Shown here: one piece after another, positions 58,735 to 64,000 of the stretch | How positions within the stretch are numbered: position 1 is the first letter of the stretch | Layout of the letters: each line of letters opens with the position of its first letter | NCBI GenBank assembly: GCA_018304505.1 | Contig: JAGVWA010000001.1 | Coordinates: forward strand, 85,960 to 149,959 | DNA length: 64,000 nt | Direction of reading: 5' to 3' | Origin: Nanobdellati archaeon | Lineage (GTDB): Archaea; B1Sed10-29; JAGVWA01 | Program-made: the position numbers and the translations under genes | The notes under the pieces: model-generated | What the model saw: only the letters and a program-made list of their open reading frames with translations | The model's database searches: none | What the model was told of the DNA's origin: nothing

Positions 58735-59433
58735 ATGAGATACAGCACGGGCATCAAGCAGCTCAATGATTTAATGGAAGGAGGAATCCCTGAAAAATCG
58801 GCAGTGATGTTGCTTGGGCCCCCGGGTGCTGGAAAATCAACTTTCACTTTTGAAATGACCTACACAAACTTGAACGACAAGGTCCCGTGCATCTACCTCA
58901 CTACTAATGACAAGCCAGACATGGTGCGCAGAAAGATGCTTGCCTTCAACTTTGATATTTCAAAACATGCCGACTTAATGATATTCATTGACGGATATTC
59001 ATGGCGCAGGTCACCAGGTAACTCTGGAGGGTACTTGCTGAAGAGCATCACAAATTTAACAGATGCCATCATAACCATAAAAACCGCAATGAAAGACAAC
59101 GATTTCAAGAACGGCCTCTTTATTATCGACTCGCTGTCAGACTTCCTGCTGTATAATGAGCCCCAGGAGCTTTACAAGTTTCTCCAGATAATCACGGCGG
59201 AAATCAAGAAAACCAATTCAGTAGGCCTAGTAAGCATTGAAGAAGACCTGCACGACCAGAAGGCCATAAGCACCCTCTCATACCTAACAGACGGGGTTAT
59301 GAAAATGAAAACTGCCGATGGACAGAGGCAACTGCAGATCCAGAAGATGCCAAGGACAAAACACAAGCTCGGCTGGGTCAACTTCACCATCAACAAGGGC
59401 ATCGAACTATATGTACAGGAGTTTTTCGAATGA
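58735..59433 (+). CDS. KaiC-like ATPase (paralog)
   Basis: GPPGAGKS, FIDGYSW, IIDSLS, YLTDG. Confidence 0.88.
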   Translation: MRYSTGIKQLNDLMEGGIPEKSAVMLLGPPGAGKSTFTFEMTYTNLNDKVPCIYLTTNDKPDMVRRKMLAFNFDISKHADLMIFIDGYSWRRSPGNSGGYLLKSITNLTDAIITIKTAMKDNDFKNGLFIIDSLSDFLLYNEPQELYKFLQIITAEIKKTNSVGLVSIEEDLHDQKAISTLSYLTDGVMKMKTADGQRQLQIQKMPRTKHKLGWVNFTINKGIELYVQEFFE

Positions 59434-59807
59434 ACGTGCTTACTAAAAACTTGGGAAAATCGCTGTTGGCAGCCAACATCATCGTGCTTGCCGCTATGTT
59501 GGCAAACACCTTCCTTAGCTATTTAAGCCTCGACAATTCCGTCCTGCTTTTGGCAAACCTCGGAAGCGTTTTAGCAGCCACAACGATTGCGTATTACGTT
59601 TTCAGAACCCAGCAGCTGTTCCACACCAAGAATTTGAAGTTCGCGCTTGCTGGTTTTGTCAGCGTTGCCATTGGGTACACGCTAAGCTTCATAGAACTCT
59701 TAGGCCACGCAGAAGTGTCAATACCACTGCTGGTGCTGATAAACATCCTAATAGCCGGGGGGTATGTCCTCGTGGCTATTGCAATGGGGGGCTCAAAATG
59801 GCAATAG
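59430..59807 (+). CDS. 4-TM membrane protein
   Basis: Hydrophobic; overlaps the ATPase stop. Confidence 0.65.
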   Translation: MNVLTKNLGKSLLAANIIVLAAMLANTFLSYLSLDNSVLLLANLGSVLAATTIAYYVFRTQQLFHTKNLKFALAGFVSVAIGYTLSFIELLGHAEVSIPLLVLINILIAGGYVLVAIAMGGSKWQ

Positions 59808-60091
59808 AGCAGACCCTGCTGGATTTCTATCTATACACCACACTGCTGTCTGCAGGCATCTTCGTAATCATATTTGCGCAGCTGCTGCTGAAGTATTTGA
59901 AAAAAGGCAACAGACTGCACATGTGGGCCATGCTTGGCTTCCTCATGCTGGTTGTGCAAGAGTCCATTGTGCTGAACTGGGTCATAGTAGGCAATGGCTT
60001 CTTTAGCAGGCCGTGGCAACTGCAGACACTTTCGCTGATGCTGTCCCTGGCCCTCATCGGACTCGCAATGACCGGCAAGATAAAGGACTAA
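59798..60091 (+). CDS. 3-TM membrane protein
   Basis: Hydrophobic; overlaps the previous gene. Confidence 0.65.
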   Translation: MAIEQTLLDFYLYTTLLSAGIFVIIFAQLLLKYLKKGNRLHMWAMLGFLMLVVQESIVLNWVIVGNGFFSRPWQLQTLSLMLSLALIGLAMTGKIKD

Positions 60092-60148
60092 AGAAACTGA
60101 ATGCGAAGAGACGCAGGCTTTATTAAGCCCCGCCCCGATATTAGACAC

Positions 60149-60601
60149 ATGGTATCGAAACTGGACCAGACTGACATATTGATTTTGAAGGAACTCTTAA
60201 GGGACGCGCGCCAGAGCTTCAGGCAGATCGCAGAAAAACTGGAAATCGCCCCCGGAACTGTGCAAAGCAGAATCCAGAAACTCGAGAGCCAGGGCATCAT
60301 TCAGGCCTATCGCGCAAAACTTAACTATGAAAAACTCGGGTACACGTTCAGCGCCCTGATCGGGGTGCAGACCTCCAGAGACAAGCTGCAACGGCTCGTC
60401 GAGCACCTGAAAAAGAATCCATACGTTTATGGAATACACATAACAACAGGGGAGTACGACCTTTTTGTGGGCGTGAGAATGAAGAGCTTTGAAGAGCTCT
60501 CTACATTTCTACAGAAAGACCTGATGCCGGAATACGCCGACAAGACAACTACGTTCATGGTGCTCGAAACCAAAAAAGAGGCCCACACGCTACTAGAATA
60601 A
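60149..60601 (+). CDS. Lrp/AsnC family regulator
   Basis: LDQTDILIL..L..DAR.S..QIA..L, ITTGEYD. Confidence 0.93.
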   Translation: MVSKLDQTDILILKELLRDARQSFRQIAEKLEIAPGTVQSRIQKLESQGIIQAYRAKLNYEKLGYTFSALIGVQTSRDKLQRLVEHLKKNPYVYGIHITTGEYDLFVGVRMKSFEELSTFLQKDLMPEYADKTTTFMVLETKKEAHTLLE

Positions 60602-60659
60602 AAAACCCCTCCCAAAAAAAACTTGCTCATAAAATTACTGAAAACGAAAGGTAAAAAAG

Positions 60660-62099
60660 ATGCTTAAATTCACGCAACGGGAAATCAGGCTGCTCTTATC
60701 CAGTTTTGGAGAAGTTATATACTACTTCTCATTCGCGTTCCTGCTACCGTTGCTTGTGTCAATATACTACGGCGAGGGGCCTGCAGCCATCATCTCATAT
60801 CTTGTGCCGTTCCTGGTCGCGCTGGCACTCGGATACTCGCTGAAGACTTATTTTAAAATTGACCATGCTGCTAGCGAAGCCACAGCCTTCACGCTGATAC
60901 TGCTCATTTGGACCCTGGCGCCGCTAATAGCCGCAACGCCATACATCACGTACCTTGACGTCCCAGCAATAGACGCGTACTTCGAAAGCATAAGCGCCTT
61001 CACAACAACCGGTTTGACAATGATAACCGCATATCAACCCATTCCAAACAGCCTGCTGTTTTGGAGAAGCCTCGAGGCATGGATCGGGGGCGCTGGTTTA
61101 ATCGTGCTGGCACTCGTCGGTTTACTTAGGTATACGCGCGCGTCACAGCTGTACGAAGCCGAAGGCAGAACAGAGCGACTAAGACCGAATGTCGTCAACA
61201 CCGTAAAGCTTATCTGGAAGATCTACATCAGCCTCACCTTTGCAGGAACCGCGCTTTTGATCCTTACAAAAGTCGATCCGTTCCGGGCCTTGAATTATGC
61301 CATGTCTGCAATATCAACAACAGGCCTGGTTGACACGGCCTCAAACCTTGTCCCGTTTGGTGTTGAAACCCAATTCGCGCTAGCCTTGATTTCGATAACC
61401 GGAGCCACGTCGTTCCTTATAGCGTACCAATTTGTAAAGGGCAACCTGAAAGCGCCACTGCAAAGCCTTGAACTCAAGATGCTCATAACTATGGCTATCA
61501 TTTCGGCAGCGCTAATTGCACCGAAAATCGCGCACCTCTATGGCGAAGAATCGCTTAGGATCGCGACATTCCACAGCATCGCCGCCATTACTAACGGCGG
61601 TTTCGCCACAACACTCATCGACACGTGGGGCGACTTTCCAAAACTCCTCCTGTCGATGCTGATGATTTTTGGCGGGAGCGCTGGAAGCACAGCAGGTGGC
61701 CTCAAACTGATACGCGTATGGATCTACATAAAAAGCCTGTGGTGGCGCATAAAACGCTATTCATACCCCCCAAATGTTATCATTCCGCGCAAAATCCGCG
61801 GTGTCCCTGTAAAGGACGAAGACATATACGCAGTGACAAGGTTTATAATCCTCTATCTCTTATTCATAATGCTGGGCATCACCGTGCTTGCATTTACCCT
61901 AGAAAACGTGAATGCAGGCAACATCATCATAGAGGTGACGAGCGCGCAGGGCAACGTTGGCCTCACTTCGGGCATAACGCATGCGGGAATGCCGATAGCA
62001 GCAAAAGCCATGCTGATGCTAAACATGATCGTAGGAAGAATAGAAATATACCCATTAATGGCACTAGTTGGCTTCATCATAAAAATGCGAAGGAGCTGA
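60660..62099 (+). CDS. trkH: TrkH potassium uptake protein
   Basis: FESISAFTTTG, WIGGAG, GSTAGGLK, SAQGNVG, GRIE. Confidence 0.94.
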   Translation: MLKFTQREIRLLLSSFGEVIYYFSFAFLLPLLVSIYYGEGPAAIISYLVPFLVALALGYSLKTYFKIDHAASEATAFTLILLIWTLAPLIAATPYITYLDVPAIDAYFESISAFTTTGLTMITAYQPIPNSLLFWRSLEAWIGGAGLIVLALVGLLRYTRASQLYEAEGRTERLRPNVVNTVKLIWKIYISLTFAGTALLILTKVDPFRALNYAMSAISTTGLVDTASNLVPFGVETQFALALISITGATSFLIAYQFVKGNLKAPLQSLELKMLITMAIISAALIAPKIAHLYGEESLRIATFHSIAAITNGGFATTLIDTWGDFPKLLLSMLMIFGGSAGSTAGGLKLIRVWIYIKSLWWRIKRYSYPPNVIIPRKIRGVPVKDEDIYAVTRFIILYLLFIMLGITVLAFTLENVNAGNIIIEVTSAQGNVGLTSGITHAGMPIAAKAMLMLNMIVGRIEIYPLMALVGFIIKMRRS

Positions 62100-62109
62100 A
62101 AAAGAAAAC

Positions 62110-62760
62110 ATGTACATAATCATTATCGGTGCAAGCAGAATCGGCAGACACCTAGCTAAGACCCTCCATGAAGAACAGCACGACGTCGTGGTTATTGACA
62201 AAAACCAGGACGTGCTGCAAGACATAACAAACGAGGCAGACATAGTCGCCATACGCGGAGACGCGACATCGCCAAAGATCCTTGAAGAAGCAGGCATAGG
62301 GGACGCTGACGCAGTACTATCCCTAACAGGCAACGACCAGACCAACTTGATCATAAGCCTGATGGCGAAACAACTCGGCTGCAAATACGTAGCCGCACGC
62401 CTCGGTGAACTCCACTATGATGAATCAATTCTCACAAACCTTGGCTTAGACTTAGTGATTTATCCAGAAGCAGCAGCAGCAGGCTACATTGCAGAGCTCA
62501 TCACAAAACCCGAAGTCTTGGACCTGGCGTTCCTGGCCCGCGGCGATGCGGAAATTCTGGAAATAGAAGTGAAACCAGAATCCAAAATCGCCGGAAGGAA
62601 AATCAAGGACGTCGAGAACCCGCAAGGCACGGCCATCATAGCGATTTTCGACAAGGGCAAACTAGAAATACCTGGGCCAAATGTAAAAATAAGCGCAGGA
62701 GATAAAATCCTTATATTGGCAAAGAAAGAAAAAATCAAGCAGCTACGGAAGATACTATGA
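62110..62760 (+). CDS. trkA: TrkA potassium uptake regulatory protein
   Basis: IIIIGAS.IG, GDAT, TGNDQTN. Confidence 0.93.
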   Translation: MYIIIIGASRIGRHLAKTLHEEQHDVVVIDKNQDVLQDITNEADIVAIRGDATSPKILEEAGIGDADAVLSLTGNDQTNLIISLMAKQLGCKYVAARLGELHYDESILTNLGLDLVIYPEAAAAGYIAELITKPEVLDLAFLARGDAEILEIEVKPESKIAGRKIKDVENPQGTAIIAIFDKGKLEIPGPNVKISAGDKILILAKKEKIKQLRKIL

Positions 62761-62796
62761 GAAAACAAATGCAATCAAAAATGAGGGAGATAAACA

Positions 62797-63291
62797 ATGG
62801 ATTTTGAAAAAGACCACATACTGTTCGACGGAAAATACGGAAAATGGACCTTAATAGTAAAACAAGACATTGACGCAACAGTAGAACCGATAGAAGTAGC
62901 CCGTGTCCTCGGCCGCGTTAGATTGAGTACTCACAAGAAGACATGGGAATACATCGGCAGCCATTTTGACATTGAGAAACTTGACGAGATCGCCGCAAAT
63001 ATCGTCGGTGCAACGCGAAACCCGAAGAAGGGGCACTGGGAACTCAAAGCCCGCGCTGGCGAAAACGCTATCAATGAAGCTCTCGTGAAACTCAAATCCC
63101 CAAAACTCCTTTCGGACCTCAACCTGGAAATGGCTGAAGAAAAGGCCATCGCGAAGGCCTACCTCAACCGCCGAGTCTTGGACTTCCTAAAATTCCCAAT
63201 AGAACTGATGTACTTCGATGATGCAGGAAAAATAGTAGACCTTGTAGACACATTCCTAACAAAAAAGCAGAAAAAGGAACTCGGCGCCTGA
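62797..63291 (+). CDS. conserved archaeal hypothetical protein (DUF2666-like)
   Basis: F.GKYG.W....ID....EVAR.L pattern. Confidence 0.55.
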   Translation: MDFEKDHILFDGKYGKWTLIVKQDIDATVEPIEVARVLGRVRLSTHKKTWEYIGSHFDIEKLDEIAANIVGATRNPKKGHWELKARAGENAINEALVKLKSPKLLSDLNLEMAEEKAIAKAYLNRRVLDFLKFPIELMYFDDAGKIVDLVDTFLTKKQKKELGA

Positions 63292-63356
63292 GTTGTGAAC
63301 AACGCAAGGCAAAGTCTTTATATTATAAACTCACCCCAATTAATCCTAATTTTAAA

Positions 63357-63458
63357 GGGGCCATAGGGTAGCCTGGCATCCTTCCAGCTTTGGGTGTGCC
63401 CAGTTATTTCTGGGTTCCGAAACAGCTGGGGACCTGAGTTCGAATCTCAGTGGCCCCG
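63357..63458 (+). tRNA. tRNA-Pro(TGG) with intron 63395-63423
   Basis: BHB TTTG/CGAA; cloverleaf. Confidence 0.92.
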
Positions 63459-63471
63459 TAAATCATCCATT

Positions 63472-63575
63472 GCAGGGATGCCGGAGCGGAAAACGGGCAG
63501 GACTTAAGCTTACGTCATTGTAATGAGAAATCCTGTGACTTAGTGTCTACGAGGGTTCAAATCCCTCTCCCTGCA
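63472..63575 (+). tRNA. tRNA-Leu(TAA) with intron 63509-63529
   Basis: BHB CTTA/TGAG; long variable arm. Confidence 0.92.
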
Positions 63576-63672
63576 TCAGCCTTTCTCGAAACGAGAAAGC
63601 CTGGGGAAAGAAGATCCGCACCGTTGCAAAGCAACGGGACAGCAAACGCCCATATGCTAATTTGGGCGTTCC

Positions 63673-63692
63673 CAAATCCCGCTCCCTGCATC
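63673..63692 (+). repeat. tRNA-Leu 3'-end copy (att-like)
   Basis: CAAATCCCGCTCCCTGCATC, 19/20 match to 63558-63577. Confidence 0.85.
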
Positions 63693-63791
63693 GCAACAGT
63701 TTCGGCTGTTGCATCAGCGAAGCACTGCATTCGGCTGCGCCGAAGCAGAGCGGTTCTTTGATGTTGACACATAATACAAATAGGTGATTAA

Positions 63792-63995
63792 ATGGTGACC
63801 ATGACCGTATCTATCCCAGAGGTGATATATAACGAAATGCAAATCCACTCTGAACTAAAATGGAGTGCCTTTGAAAAGAAAATTAAAGAATTGCACTGGA
63901 TGGACAAAGTGCTTGCAAAAAGTAGGCTAACTGAAACAGAAGCAGATAAGATATCGCACTCAATAAAACGAGGCATAAGAAAGAGATTCCAATGA
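63792..63995 (+). CDS. RHH/VapB-like putative antitoxin
   Basis: MVTMTVSIPE...M..H.E.KWS...KSRLTE; next ORF starts with an ATGA overlap at the window edge. Confidence 0.65.
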   Translation: MVTMTVSIPEVIYNEMQIHSELKWSAFEKKIKELHWMDKVLAKSRLTETEADKISHSIKRGIRKRFQ

Positions 63996-64000
63996 TAGCA

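Overview
This is an archaeal chromosomal window. Evidence for that: TBP, aRF1, Dph2, Rpo6, eS17/eS26, class I LysRS, BRE-TATA promoters and BHB-type tRNA introns. The S-layer leader, compact genes and eS26 suggest a DPANN lineage such as Iainarchaeota or Micrarchaeota, but that placement is inference. Most of the window is housekeeping: tldDE, S-layer plus a glycosylation cluster, truD, pyrH, gatCAB, dnaG, serS, lysS, ppsA, pyrBI, KaiC-like ATPases and trkHA. Five things stand out. (1) Integrase-free toxin-antitoxin cassettes of 0.6-1 kb are stacked at tRNA 3' ends and bounded by copies of the tRNA 3' end: three in tandem at tRNA-Arg, one at tRNA-Glu and probably one at tRNA-Leu. Their junctions share motifs with this genome's tRNA introns. 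(2) Seven dispersed small orphan genes all begin Met-Trp. (3) A 520-aa LAGLIDADG/HTH intein sits directly after the catalytic GGQ of aRF1. (4) The two TBP repeats are almost identical at DNA level, and the protein has a histone-H1-like tail. (5) Eleven tRNAs carry 15 introns, 8 of them at non-canonical positions. All calls come from reading the sequence by eye; no database searches were run.
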